A stretch of DNA of 64,000 nt, from NCBI GenBank assembly GCA_964640195.1, contig CAZXIC010000004.1, positions 22,435 through 86,434 on the forward strand, given 5' to 3'. Positions 15,525 through 24,807 of this stretch are shown piece by piece (the first letter of the stretch is position 1; each line of letters opens with the position of its first letter). The translations under genes were made by a program, and so were the position numbers. Source of the DNA: an uncultured archaeon (GTDB lineage: Archaea; Iainarchaeota; Iainarchaeia; Iainarchaeales; GCA-2688035). The notes beneath the pieces were generated by a model, which ran no database searches, had not been told where the DNA came from, and worked only from the letters and a program-made list of their open reading frames with translations.

Positions 15525-17216
15525 TTATCTTAACAACAATGCTTTTAAAAGAAATGCGATAACCACAATTCCCGCGAGTATTGCTGCAACCAAAACGGTT
15601 TCAACCGAAATGCTAGCTGGAACTTGCAGCAAAGGGCTTTCCTGGGCAGCTTCTTCACCAAAAGGGTTTTCCTTAACAACCCCGCCTTCCACTACAGTTA
15701 TTGTTGTCCCATAATCAAGGCCCGGCCCTGAAATGTGGACACTGTAGGGCGCGGTTGAAAAGTTTTCCACCCTGATTGAGTCTGTCGCCCTGCCGTACGC
15801 TTCTACCAAAACAGTTTTTTCTATTGTCTCAGCATTCTCAACAGTGAAGCGTGCCTCTGCTTCCTTTTCCCCCAAATTTTCCAGCGTTACCCGCATAACA
15901 AGCGTGTTTCCCTGCACCAGGGGCAGCAGCTCGCGTAGAATAACCAATGATTCCTCTGCCTGTTGTTCGCCTGAAACAATTTTCAGTTCAGCACTCTTTT
16001 CCTCACTTAGGCTGATTGCCTTGTATTTTCCTGTAAGGTGCTGGTTTGGCCGCAGTTCCTGGTTTATTCTAACCCGCCATCCAATGTTTTTCTCCTCCAA
16101 GGGCATGAACAAGATGATTTTCTCTTCGCTTTCGGTGATAAAGCCCTGGGGCAGGACAAGCAGGACAGGCGCTATCAGGCTGCTGTCCAGCATGTTTTTT
16201 ATCAAAATATTTAAATCGTGCCACCTGTTTGCCTGCAGCGTTTCATCCTGCAGCTGGATTGCAAGAATATTGTTGAAATACCCGGCCTCTTCAACCTCAA
16301 CAACCGGGTTTTTTTCAGTTATGCTGACTGCAGCGTCTTGCGGCTTTGTGCTGCGTACAGTTATTTTGGCTGTTGCCCCCGCAGGGTCTGGAAACGCCCC
16401 TCTGTAGAAGTGCGTGCCGTCCACAATCGTTGCTTCGCCGTAGGTCGGGTCAGCGGCTATCCAGCCGCTTTTTGGGTTAAACGCCTCTACCCAGGCATGG
16501 TTTCCCCAGCCTTCGCCGCTGTAGACAACGCCTGCAGCAAACCTTGTGGGAATTTGCTTTGCCCTGAGCATTGCAGCTGCAAGTGCAGCGAACTCGTCGC
16601 AAACCCCCCTCTTTGATTCAAGAGTTTGCAGCGCGCTGTATGTATCGGGATAGTAAGCAGAATCGTATGTGATATAGCCATGAGTCCAGTCTGTAACTTC
16701 ACGCAGGGTTTCAAGCCAGCTGCTTGAACTGAACGTGTTTAGGGCGATTGTCCTTATTCTTTCATCGTTTGATTCAACGTTCTCCGTGGCATCCAGGTAG
16801 TCAGCATGTTCTTTGATTGGAGTGTTTAGATTGCTGTCCTGCAGGTTGTTAGCACTGTAATCTGTTTCAATCACTGCCTCAATTTTGTAGCTGATTCTGC
16901 CCGTTTCCCTAACAGTGAAAACCGCGTACTTGTTTCCGTATTCGTCTTGCTGCCTGCTTGCCTTAACCGGTTTTCCGTTTATTGAAAGCGTTTCCTGCAG
17001 CGACACGATTCTCTGGCTTGTTGTTTCATTGAAGGACAGCAGCTCAAGCTTTACCTCGCCGTTGTGCAGCTGCCCGGTGATTTCACCGCTGCCAGCAACC
17101 GTGATTTTTGCTTTAACAGATTGCACGGTTACAGGGTTTTCAATCTCTGCAGTGCTGCAGCAGGGCAGCAGGATTGAAACAATGAAAACAGCCAAAAGAA
17201 CCCTGCCTTTATACAT
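15525..17216 (-). CDS. Secreted, C-terminally anchored transglutaminase-like protein
   Basis: Signal peptide; GVCDEFA, HAWVE, DPT catalytic triad; C-terminal TM. Confidence 0.9.
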   Translation of the reverse strand: MYKGRVLLAVFIVSILLPCCSTAEIENPVTVQSVKAKITVAGSGEITGQLHNGEVKLELLSFNETTSQRIVSLQETLSINGKPVKASRQQDEYGNKYAVFTVRETGRISYKIEAVIETDYSANNLQDSNLNTPIKEHADYLDATENVESNDERIRTIALNTFSSSSWLETLREVTDWTHGYITYDSAYYPDTYSALQTLESKRGVCDEFAALAAAMLRAKQIPTRFAAGVVYSGEGWGNHAWVEAFNPKSGWIAADPTYGEATIVDGTHFYRGAFPDPAGATAKITVRSTKPQDAAVSITEKNPVVEVEEAGYFNNILAIQLQDETLQANRWHDLNILIKNMLDSSLIAPVLLVLPQGFITESEEKIILFMPLEEKNIGWRVRINQELRPNQHLTGKYKAISLSEEKSAELKIVSGEQQAEESLVILRELLPLVQGNTLVMRVTLENLGEKEAEARFTVENAETIEKTVLVEAYGRATDSIRVENFSTAPYSVHISGPGLDYGTTITVVEGGVVKENPFGEEAAQESPLLQVPASISVETVLVAAILAGIVVIAFLLKALLLR

Positions 17217-17401
17217 TAAATCCCCCTTCTTTTCTCTTTCACGCTTTTTTCAATGTTGTGCCTTACCACATGATTGGTGCTTGCCTCAACCAGTTTGCGC
17301 AGCTCGTCCTTGGATGCCTTGACTGGCTGAAACAATAACTCGCCGCCGGGCCCCTCCATAAGCACATCGATTGTAATGCGTTTTCCCCCTTTACTCTGCA
17401 T
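17216..17401 (-). CDS. Small hypothetical protein
   Basis: 61-aa ORF whose stop overlaps the next start. Confidence 0.5.
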   Translation of the reverse strand: MQSKGGKRITIDVLMEGPGGELLFQPVKASKDELRKLVEASTNHVVRHNIEKSVKEKRRGI

Positions 17402-17424
17402 TCAGAAGAGTAATCTCGAACCAG

Positions 17425-17988
17425 CTATTTAACTCTATTGCCGGGTTGCACTGCTGCGTTGGCAGGGCAATTTTGCCTCTTTCTAAGTCCTAGCCAAATT
17501 ACAACCAGCACAGCCGCACCAAGCAACGGCAGCAACAGTTCGCTTGTTTCCGGCACAGGGGTTTTCGCAGTGTAAACAGTAAGCGTTTTACAGTTTATTT
17601 CTTGGCACGGGTCTATGCCTTCTGAAACCCGCGCATTTACGCTGTAGTTGCCCCCTTCCCATGTCTTGTCAACTCTGAAGGATAGCCCAAACTCCTTTGT
17701 TTCGCCCTCTGGAACGGGATTTGGTGGTCTGCCCGATTCGCTGTCAAAAGCCACCCCCGTGCCCCCTGAATCAAGAACCGCTATTTCAACAGTTGCATCC
17801 CCCGAGGCACTGTTGTTTCTTACGCCAACGGTTACTCTAACAGTTTCCCCCGGGGCTTCAAGTGGATTACGCACCACTTTTGGATCAATTTCGCAGGAAA
17901 CGATTTGGAACGGCGGCATGCCGGGCTCTGGCAGAACAGAGGGGAGCATCAAAAACCATGCAAGAAAAATAATTGCAATTCTGTTCAT
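17425..17988 (-). CDS. Secreted Ig-like protein with PEF-CTERM-like sorting tail
   Basis: Signal peptide, PGETVRVTVGVRN beta-sandwich pattern, VPETS + TM + RKR. Confidence 0.7.
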   Translation of the reverse strand: MNRIAIIFLAWFLMLPSVLPEPGMPPFQIVSCEIDPKVVRNPLEAPGETVRVTVGVRNNSASGDATVEIAVLDSGGTGVAFDSESGRPPNPVPEGETKEFGLSFRVDKTWEGGNYSVNARVSEGIDPCQEINCKTLTVYTAKTPVPETSELLLPLLGAAVLVVIWLGLRKRQNCPANAAVQPGNRVK

Positions 17989-18096
17989 TCTATTTGATTT
18001 ACTTTTTTGTTGTATTTAAATTTAAGCAAGCGGCATTAGCAGGTCGGCAGGGCAAGGTTTAAATATAAATTAACCCTTTTGTTAATTGGTGCCAAC

Positions 18097-18519
18097 ATGA
18101 CCAGGCCTTATTATTTCTTTGGCGCAAACAGGATTTTTCTGCCGAGGCTGCTTGGCGCATTTTTGCTGGCTGCGGCACTGCTGATGTTTATTTCTGCTTC
18201 CGGTCAAATGTTTGACACCTGGGATACGCTGCGGAAATATCCTGAGTGCATTGAGAAAAAGGATGAGGCAATTGACACGTTTGCACAAATCCAGTACTGC
18301 AAGCAGAGCTTGGCAGATGTCACAGGCCTGCATTTGAGGCCAGACCAGGCAAGGCCCACCACAAGGCAGTTTTTGATTACCCTGCTGCCGCCTGTTGCCT
18401 TGCTGTTCTTTTGGGCATCTGTCTTCCTGCTGGGCCTGATTTTGTACCAGACTGGTGTTGTCAGGTTCCTGCCGCAGCGCCCTGTTCAAAAGTCAGGGCC
18501 GAAAAGGGCAAAGAAGTAG
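18097..18519 (+). CDS. Two-TM membrane protein
   Basis: Two hydrophobic helices around a loop with two Cys. Confidence 0.7.
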   Translation: MTRPYYFFGANRIFLPRLLGAFLLAAALLMFISASGQMFDTWDTLRKYPECIEKKDEAIDTFAQIQYCKQSLADVTGLHLRPDQARPTTRQFLITLLPPVALLFFWASVFLLGLILYQTGVVRFLPQRPVQKSGPKRAKK

Positions 18520-18561
18520 GGTTTAAATCAGCCCTTGGTAAGAAAAAGAAGGAAAGTGGGT

Positions 18562-19857
18562 TTAGTACAGCGTCACTACCTTCACTTTTCCTGTTTCCTC
18601 TATTTTCCCCTTCTTCATCCCGACCAGGCACTTAATGCCTGTTTTTTCTGCTTGCTCAAGCAGGCGTTTTGTGACAATGCCGTCAAACACCACTGCATGT
18701 GCGTTGCGCTGCCTCTGCATTTCCTCTAACAGGTCTCTTACGCTTACCTCTTTCACTGCCTTCCCTTTCTCGTCCAAAAACCTTGCCTTTAACGTGTTGT
18801 TCAGTTCCTGCATAGGCTGGTTGAACTCGCCCAAATCATTGGGCTTTTGCAGCATTGCAGGCATTTCCTCTTCTTTGTGTCTGAACAAAAAGTCCCTTCC
18901 CCTCATTTGCCGGTTTCTGCCAGTGCCTCCTGGCTTAAACCGCCTTCCGCCCCTGCTTCTAGGCTTGAATCCCCTGCTGCTCTCTCTGCCAGCGCTTTCC
19001 CTGTAGCCTCTTTGGCGTTGGAACAAAGGCTTGTAGCCCCTTGCAAGGTCTCCCAATGACCGCTTCTTTTTCAGCGCTGCGAGGATTTCCTTCAGCGTGA
19101 GCTCTTCAACCTCTTTTCCAGCCGGGGCCTTTGCAATGCTGTCTATCTTTGCAAGCTGGCTTAACTGCCTTGCAATCAGGTCGCCTCCCCTGTCGCCATC
19201 AACAAATGCAGTGGTTGTCTTTTGTTTGCTCAATCCAATCATCGTTTCCGGCATGTTTGCGCCATTTATTGCAATGCAGTTCCGTATCCCATGCCTCAGC
19301 AGGTTTATTACATCAGCTCTGCCTTCAACGATTATAAGCTCGTCGCTCTTTTCAATGTCAGGGCCGGCTGGCAGCCTTTCTTTGCCGTATTCCTGCAGCA
19401 TAGCGCCTCTTAGCCCGCCCACTATCTCTTCAGCCAGTTCAGTGCTTTCAGGCATTGTTTCGCTCATTTTCTGCAGCAGTTCCTTTGCCCTCTCAGTAAC
19501 CGCCTTTCTCTTCTCCCCGCGAGTGTCATCAATTGCAACTGTTTTAAAGATGCTGCTGCAAGGGCCAACCTTGTCAACTGATTCTATGGCTGCGGCGAGT
19601 ATTGAGGTTTTGACTTTGTCCATTCCACTTGGAATCGTGATAAGCCCAGAGGTTTTCCCGCTGTGGGCCCTTGCGTCAACCTCTATCCTGCCCAGCTTCC
19701 CGTTTTTCTGCAGTTCCTTCAGGTCCAGGTCTTCGCCCATCAGGCCCTCGCTTTGGCCGAATATTGCCCCAATTATGTCGTGTTTGTCAACAACTCCTTC
19801 GATTGAAAACTCTATTCTAACCAGGTACTTTACAGTACTCAAGTAAGTCTTTGCCAT
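18562..19857 (-). CDS. dnaG: Archaeal DnaG-type primase
   Basis: GVVDKHDIIGAIFGQSEGL, IIVEGRADV, DGDRGG TOPRIM motifs. Confidence 0.97.
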   Translation of the reverse strand: MAKTYLSTVKYLVRIEFSIEGVVDKHDIIGAIFGQSEGLMGEDLDLKELQKNGKLGRIEVDARAHSGKTSGLITIPSGMDKVKTSILAAAIESVDKVGPCSSIFKTVAIDDTRGEKRKAVTERAKELLQKMSETMPESTELAEEIVGGLRGAMLQEYGKERLPAGPDIEKSDELIIVEGRADVINLLRHGIRNCIAINGANMPETMIGLSKQKTTTAFVDGDRGGDLIARQLSQLAKIDSIAKAPAGKEVEELTLKEILAALKKKRSLGDLARGYKPLFQRQRGYRESAGRESSRGFKPRSRGGRRFKPGGTGRNRQMRGRDFLFRHKEEEMPAMLQKPNDLGEFNQPMQELNNTLKARFLDEKGKAVKEVSVRDLLEEMQRQRNAHAVVFDGIVTKRLLEQAEKTGIKCLVGMKKGKIEETGKVKVVTLY

Positions 19858-20272
19858 TTGCTAATCACCCTTCTTTTTTTTTCTTGCAGAATTAGGGAAA
19901 CAGTGGTTGCCCAACTACCTACTCAGGCACTTCCACTTTTTCAAGCAATTTTTTTTCCGCCAAATGTCCGGCACTAAACTTCAGATGCAGCAAAGTTGCT
20001 GCGCGTTCCCCGCAAAGCGTTGCAAGGTTCCGTTTTTTTCAGCCATCCAAAAAGCGAAAAAAACAAACAAAAATGCTTTTTAAACCCATAATGGTTGTAA
20101 ATTTCCAAATTTTTAATTTACTGCGTTTCCGCAACATCTCTATTTTTGAAGCAACCTTCGTCGTTGCCCTAATCCTACAGAAAATTATGTATAGGAAAAA
20201 GAATAAAAAGGTGCTGTTTTTGGTGAAAAACCATTTATCTTTTTTTCTTCCCTTATCATTACCGGTTTTTCC

Positions 20273-20683
20273 ATGGCAAGGTACAAAAAGGGGGCAAACG
20301 CTGAAAGGGAACTAATCCACATATTGTTTGACCACGGCTTCAGCGTTGTCAGGACTGCGGGCAGCGGCAAAACAGCTTTGCCTGCGCCAGACATCCTTGC
20401 CCTGAAGCAGGGAAAGCAGCTTGCATTCGAGTGCAAGGCATGGGCTGCCGGGCATTTGTCCATCCCAACCGAGCAAATAAGCGAATTGGTCGGCTGGAGC
20501 AAGAGAGCCGGCGTTAAATGCTTCGTTGCCTGGAAGATTCCAAGGAAAGGCTGGTTTTTTCTGACTCCAGGACAGATGCATAAAACAAAAAAGTTTTATC
20601 TAATCAGCAGGAAGAATGCCCTGCGCAAAGCAATCAACTTGAATGTAATTGTCGGAACGCAAAAGCAGATCAAGCTGAAATAG
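20273..20683 (+). CDS. hjc: Holliday junction resolvase Hjc
   Basis: KGANAEREL, VVRTAGSG, PDILA, FECK. Confidence 0.93.
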   Translation: MARYKKGANAERELIHILFDHGFSVVRTAGSGKTALPAPDILALKQGKQLAFECKAWAAGHLSIPTEQISELVGWSKRAGVKCFVAWKIPRKGWFFLTPGQMHKTKKFYLISRKNALRKAINLNVIVGTQKQIKLK

Positions 20684-20757
20684 CTGCTGTTTCTGTTCAG
20701 GAGAAAATGCTTTTTAAACCTTCACAGCCAACTTTCTATTGTTAAGGGCTTTTTGTT

Positions 20758-20898
20758 ATGAGGCTGCATTTGGAAGACATGATAGCAGAGCTGCGCTTGC
20801 GCATTCAGGAAGGCAAGGGCCTGAGGAACAGGGTTCTGTTGCAGCAGGCTTTGAAGGCATTACAGGACTACAAGAAGGCAAACGAGCGAGTTGTTTAA
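20758..20898 (+). CDS. 46-aa helical microprotein, absent from ORF track
   Basis: MRLHLEDMIAELRLRIQEGKGLRNRVLLQQALKALQDYKKANERVV; fills the gap; TTTTTAAA upstream. Confidence 0.55.
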   Translation: MRLHLEDMIAELRLRIQEGKGLRNRVLLQQALKALQDYKKANERVV

Positions 20899-20916
20899 AG
20901 GCAACCGGCTTTTGGT

Positions 20917-21585
20917 TTACCCGCGCAGCCCCACCAGATAAACCATCGTCGCCAGAATGCTGCCGATAACCATTACAGTAACCACGGGTTGGGCAAATCC
21001 GCTTTCAATGGGGGTTATAAAAAGGTAGGCGCTTGCGGCAATCAAAGCAACCTGCAGCGCAATTAAAACACCGCTAACTCCCTTCGTGACCTTGCTTCCA
21101 AAGACCCTGTGCTTTAGTGCCCATGTGTCTCTTTCAGTGTTCGACAGCCTGCTTGCGAGTTCCCTTATGCTGGCTTTTGTCTGCTCGTTCAACTGCAGGA
21201 TATTTTTAACGCTCTGGTTAACCCTTGCCTGGAACATCATTGCCTGGTTTTCAATAAACAGCTGGTCTTCCCTAAATGCATTCAGGGCGCGCTTTTCAAC
21301 CTTGTCAGTCATCTCCTTTTCTGCTTTTTTTGCTTCCTCCCTGATAAATGCAACAAGTTTGGGCTTTTCCTCCTCAACGTAGTCCCTTACGATTTTGCCT
21401 ATCTCATTCTGCAGGACAGCAAATGTGTTTGCTTCAGCAAGCAGCAGCAGCCTTTTTGCCTGCTCTGTCCCAACGCCTAAGCCCCTGAGGGTCTTTATTA
21501 TGTTCTCCTCGCTTTCACCGCTTGCCACCATTCGCTGGATTACAGAGATGATGCTTGCCTTTTCAGCCCTCTTTTTTTCAGCCAT
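20917..21585 (-). CDS. Coiled-coil protein with two C-terminal TMs
   Basis: Start re-chosen at MAEKK; helical body, hydrophobic C-terminus. Confidence 0.75.
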   Translation of the reverse strand: MAEKKRAEKASIISVIQRMVASGESEENIIKTLRGLGVGTEQAKRLLLLAEANTFAVLQNEIGKIVRDYVEEEKPKLVAFIREEAKKAEKEMTDKVEKRALNAFREDQLFIENQAMMFQARVNQSVKNILQLNEQTKASIRELASRLSNTERDTWALKHRVFGSKVTKGVSGVLIALQVALIAASAYLFITPIESGFAQPVVTVMVIGSILATMVYLVGLRG

Positions 21586-21689
21586 TTTTTTTCCTTCACC
21601 GGCACTGACTATTAGGGCTTTTTGCTTAATAAAATTATTCCCCCGACAGTGGAAAAAGCTTAAATACAATTCCGCCCTATTAGGAATAG

Positions 21690-22196
21690 ATGGACCAGAG
21701 AATTCTGCTTGGGGGTGCAATTGTCTTCATTGCCATAGTAGTGCTGTCCTTTTACCTGTACCAGCAGCAGCTAAGCCAGCCTGTTGAAGAGGAGTTCGAG
21801 CCAGACTTTGGGGCAATAGCAACAGTTGAAGAAGGCACTGGTACGCCAGGAATCGAGGCTCCAACTTACGGCAACTGCCCAAACATTGAGAGCCAGTATG
21901 ACAGAGACTTGTGCTGGAGCTGGCAGGCTGGTGAAGAGAAGAATGTGCGCCTGTGCGACAACATCCAGGGCGAAAGTAGAAAGGTCATCTGCATTGAAGT
22001 CGTTGCAATTGAACTGCTTGACACGCAAATCTGCAGCCAGGAATTCCCAGACAACAAAGACAGGTTATACAGCTGCATAACAGGGATTGCAAGAGAAGAA
22101 CTGGATTACTCCCTGTGCGAGGCTATGCCTCCCCCCTACAAGGGAAGATGCCTTTATGCTCTTGAGGAAGAAGAGAGGCTGTACCCGCCGCAATAG
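21690..22196 (+). CDS. Membrane-anchored protein with Cys-pair helical repeats
   Basis: N-terminal TM; four C..I......C-type repeats. Confidence 0.75.
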   Translation: MDQRILLGGAIVFIAIVVLSFYLYQQQLSQPVEEEFEPDFGAIATVEEGTGTPGIEAPTYGNCPNIESQYDRDLCWSWQAGEEKNVRLCDNIQGESRKVICIEVVAIELLDTQICSQEFPDNKDRLYSCITGIAREELDYSLCEAMPPPYKGRCLYALEEEERLYPPQ

Positions 22197-22201
22197 CCGG
22201 G

Positions 22202-22546
22202 CTAAAGCAGCCGCAGCTTTCCGGTTATCCTGTCAAGTTCCTCTTCTTCAGCAGGGCCAATCGCAATGCAGGTTGGTTCGCCTTGCCTCACCTGCGTGAG
22301 GCCAGCATCTCTTACAAGTGCTGCGGGAAACTCCCCCTTAGCCTTTTTATACAATTCAAGCAGCTCTTTTTTACCCCCGGCCCTCAGGACAACTTTTTTC
22401 ATCCCCTGGGCGTACCACGCCTCAAAAACAGCGGGCGGCAGTTCGTTTAGGACTGCCATGCTGGCGTGTGCGGCCTGCGCCGCAATCTTCCCCCTGCCCA
22501 TGTGCAAATCCGTTCTTACAACGATTGCCTGCTTCAATGACATCAA
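22202..22546 (-). CDS. pth2: Peptidyl-tRNA hydrolase Pth2
   Basis: KQAIVVRTDLHMGRGKIAAQAAHA, DAGLTQ, IAIGP. Confidence 0.97.
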   Translation of the reverse strand: MMSLKQAIVVRTDLHMGRGKIAAQAAHASMAVLNELPPAVFEAWYAQGMKKVVLRAGGKKELLELYKKAKGEFPAALVRDAGLTQVRQGEPTCIAIGPAEEEELDRITGKLRLL

Positions 22547-22620
22547 AAGCCCCTTCCGTAAACTAATCCTTACCCTTCGCTTTTTTATTCCTATACCCGC
22601 CCTGATTTACTATCGTTGGT

Positions 22621-23256
22621 CTAAGTCGCATTTATTTTCATTAAGGCCGCCATTGTTTGCTTGGCGGCAGCAGTCATAAGTGTAAAATTCTTATCCCCAA
22701 TAAGCCTTTGCAGTAGTATTGAACTATCCTTTATTATGATTTTGGCTACTCCTTCATCAAAGCTTACACCTTCTACGCTGCTGCTTGCAACCCCCTTTTT
22801 TCTTTCTTCAAGAATTTTTACATAATCCTGTGCAATCTTTATTTGCTCATCCGTTGGTCTACCTTCTGTCACGGCTATTTTTGCTGACCTTATTGCAATG
22901 TCAAGGGCTTCTAAAGCACTTTTTTTGGTTATTGGCTCAAAGAGAGCTTTCACCGCATTGCTCTGCACTATTGCAATTTTTTCAGCAGCCTTCTTTTTTG
23001 CCGGGGGCAAATCCATAAAGCCTATTACATGCCTAATCACAGTAAAGCCAAGCATCTTTGTAGCGCTTCCATGTGATAGGTGCTTCCTCAAGTCAGCGTA
23101 TTCAGACTGCACAAATTCAGGAATTTTCATTGCAGCCAACCGCGTTCTAACAAACTCTTGCTCGCCGGTTCTGGCTTTTTCTGCAGCGGTTTTTGCTGCG
23201 GCTCTTATCGTCTGTTTGTGTAGCTTTCGCCATGCCCCGCTTTTACTAGGTTCCAT
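22621..23256 (-). CDS. Basic orphan protein
   Basis: ORF from MEPSK just downstream of iscU; no motif recognised. Confidence 0.6.
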   Translation of the reverse strand: MEPSKSGAWRKLHKQTIRAAAKTAAEKARTGEQEFVRTRLAAMKIPEFVQSEYADLRKHLSHGSATKMLGFTVIRHVIGFMDLPPAKKKAAEKIAIVQSNAVKALFEPITKKSALEALDIAIRSAKIAVTEGRPTDEQIKIAQDYVKILEERKKGVASSSVEGVSFDEGVAKIIIKDSSILLQRLIGDKNFTLMTAAAKQTMAALMKINAT

Positions 23257-23263
23257 ACAAAAA

Positions 23264-24793
23264 TCAGGGTTGTTTCTTCTTTTTATCCCTATAGTCTTCA
23301 ATCGCCCTGCGCAGGCCGTCCATTGCAAGCACGCTGCAGTGCATTTTCTGCGGCGGCAGGCCGTCAAGCTCTTTTGCGATTTTCTCCTTGTTTATCTTGA
23401 GCGCCTCTTCCAGAGTCATTCCTTTAACCATCTCAGTCAGTCTGCTGCTTGTTGCGATAGCTGCAACGCAGCCAAAAGTTTTAACCTTGATATCCCTGAT
23501 TATTTCCTCACCTTTCCTGTTCTTCACGACCTTTATATAAACCCGCATCAAGTCGCCGCAATTGTGAACCGCAAGCGATTCCGTAACGAAACTTTTCGAG
23601 TTTTCAATTTCTAGATTGCACACTTTACCAGAGTAGTGACCTTTTCCAATATGTGTTATTGGAATGAAAAGATGGTTTCCAGCAAACCACGAGTCGGTTG
23701 CAGGGGGTTTCTTAAAAATTAAGCATACGCCCAATATGTCTGCAAGATTTTTCATGCTATTTCGTTCCCCTACATGAATTCTGTATGCTTTCCTGTGTTT
23801 TGTCCCATCTTTGGAGGTTTTAGCTTGCTCTTCGTAGACAGAAGGGATTATTCTTTGTCTTAACAAGAGGGTCTTTATCTGTTGTGCCATCTGGTAGGAG
23901 ATTGTCGAGTAGCCTGCTCTAGGAATTTTTTTATTAACAAAACCGTCCCCTTTCCACAACCCCCAGATTAGGCTTTTTTGTTTCTCGACTGGCAAGAGCA
24001 TCATCCAGTGAGGAATTTTCTTATCCGCAGCCCCCTTTCCAAAAAGTGATTTGAATAACCTGACAATAAACACGTTATTTATTTTTACGTATGCTGTTTT
24101 CCTCTCCCTTAGAATTGTCTTCTTGGCTTCTACTCCAAATACTTTTTTAACTATCCTCTCCACGTCTTCTATCAAATCAGTTTCAGATGAATTAAACGTC
24201 AGCCCCATGTAGACTTTAGTTGTTTTATCTGTTAAATGACCCTCAGCCAAGTAATACCCGCATAGTCTCAAAAAATCTTCGTCCACTGAAATTTTTTCTG
24301 GAACCTGCTTACTTTTATAATCCCATTTTTTCTTTTTACTAGGGACATCAATAAATTCTCTATCTTTTTCTTCAACCGCTACTGGATAAACCGCAAGGTC
24401 ATGCTTACGAAGCTCATGTGCATGACACCATGCAGTTGGCAGTGTTTTCTTTCCTTTTGCAAAGAGATATTTCCCTCTTTGTGGCACCTTCACTGCCAGA
24501 ACCTCGTGTCCTGGCGTTAGGTATGTTACACCCAACTTGGTCTTGATTCTAATTATTTCGCCAGTGTATTTTCTAGAAATTGCCCTTTTTATTTGGTTGT
24601 AGTGCCCCTGATGCCCCAATACTTTTTCACATACATTAAGAGAGTCGATTGACCTGAATTCATCATTCGCATGAATCATTGAGCCCGGCGGCAAGCAAAC
24701 AGGATTTCCAACTTTGCCCAACCCGTCAGGGTTTTGCATTTCCCCGATGTTATGGGGCTGTCTAAACTCTTTCATCACCTTGTCAGAATACAT
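23264..24793 (-). CDS. iscU: IscU/NifU-type Fe-S scaffold interrupted by an intein
   Basis: Exteins join as GKVGNPV-CGD...TFGCVAAIA...KMHCSVLA (130 aa); follows iscS. Confidence 0.95.
   Translation of the reverse strand: MYSDKVMKEFRQPHNIGEMQNPDGLGKVGNPVCLPPGSMIHANDEFRSIDSLNVCEKVLGHQGHYNQIKRAISRKYTGEIIRIKTKLGVTYLTPGHEVLAVKVPQRGKYLFAKGKKTLPTAWCHAHELRKHDLAVYPVAVEEKDREFIDVPSKKKKWDYKSKQVPEKISVDEDFLRLCGYYLAEGHLTDKTTKVYMGLTFNSSETDLIEDVERIVKKVFGVEAKKTILRERKTAYVKINNVFIVRLFKSLFGKGAADKKIPHWMMLLPVEKQKSLIWGLWKGDGFVNKKIPRAGYSTISYQMAQQIKTLLLRQRIIPSVYEEQAKTSKDGTKHRKAYRIHVGERNSMKNLADILGVCLIFKKPPATDSWFAGNHLFIPITHIGKGHYSGKVCNLEIENSKSFVTESLAVHNCGDLMRVYIKVVKNRKGEEIIRDIKVKTFGCVAAIATSSRLTEMVKGMTLEEALKINKEKIAKELDGLPPQKMHCSVLAMDGLRRAIEDYRDKKKKQP
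23561..24697 (-). mobile_element. 379-aa intein with LAGLIDADG homing endonuclease
   Basis: Block A CLPPGS, block B LTPGHEV, LCGYYLAEG and IWGLWKGDG, terminal VHN/C. Confidence 0.95.
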
Positions 24794-24807
24794 TTTCCTG
24801 CACCTTC

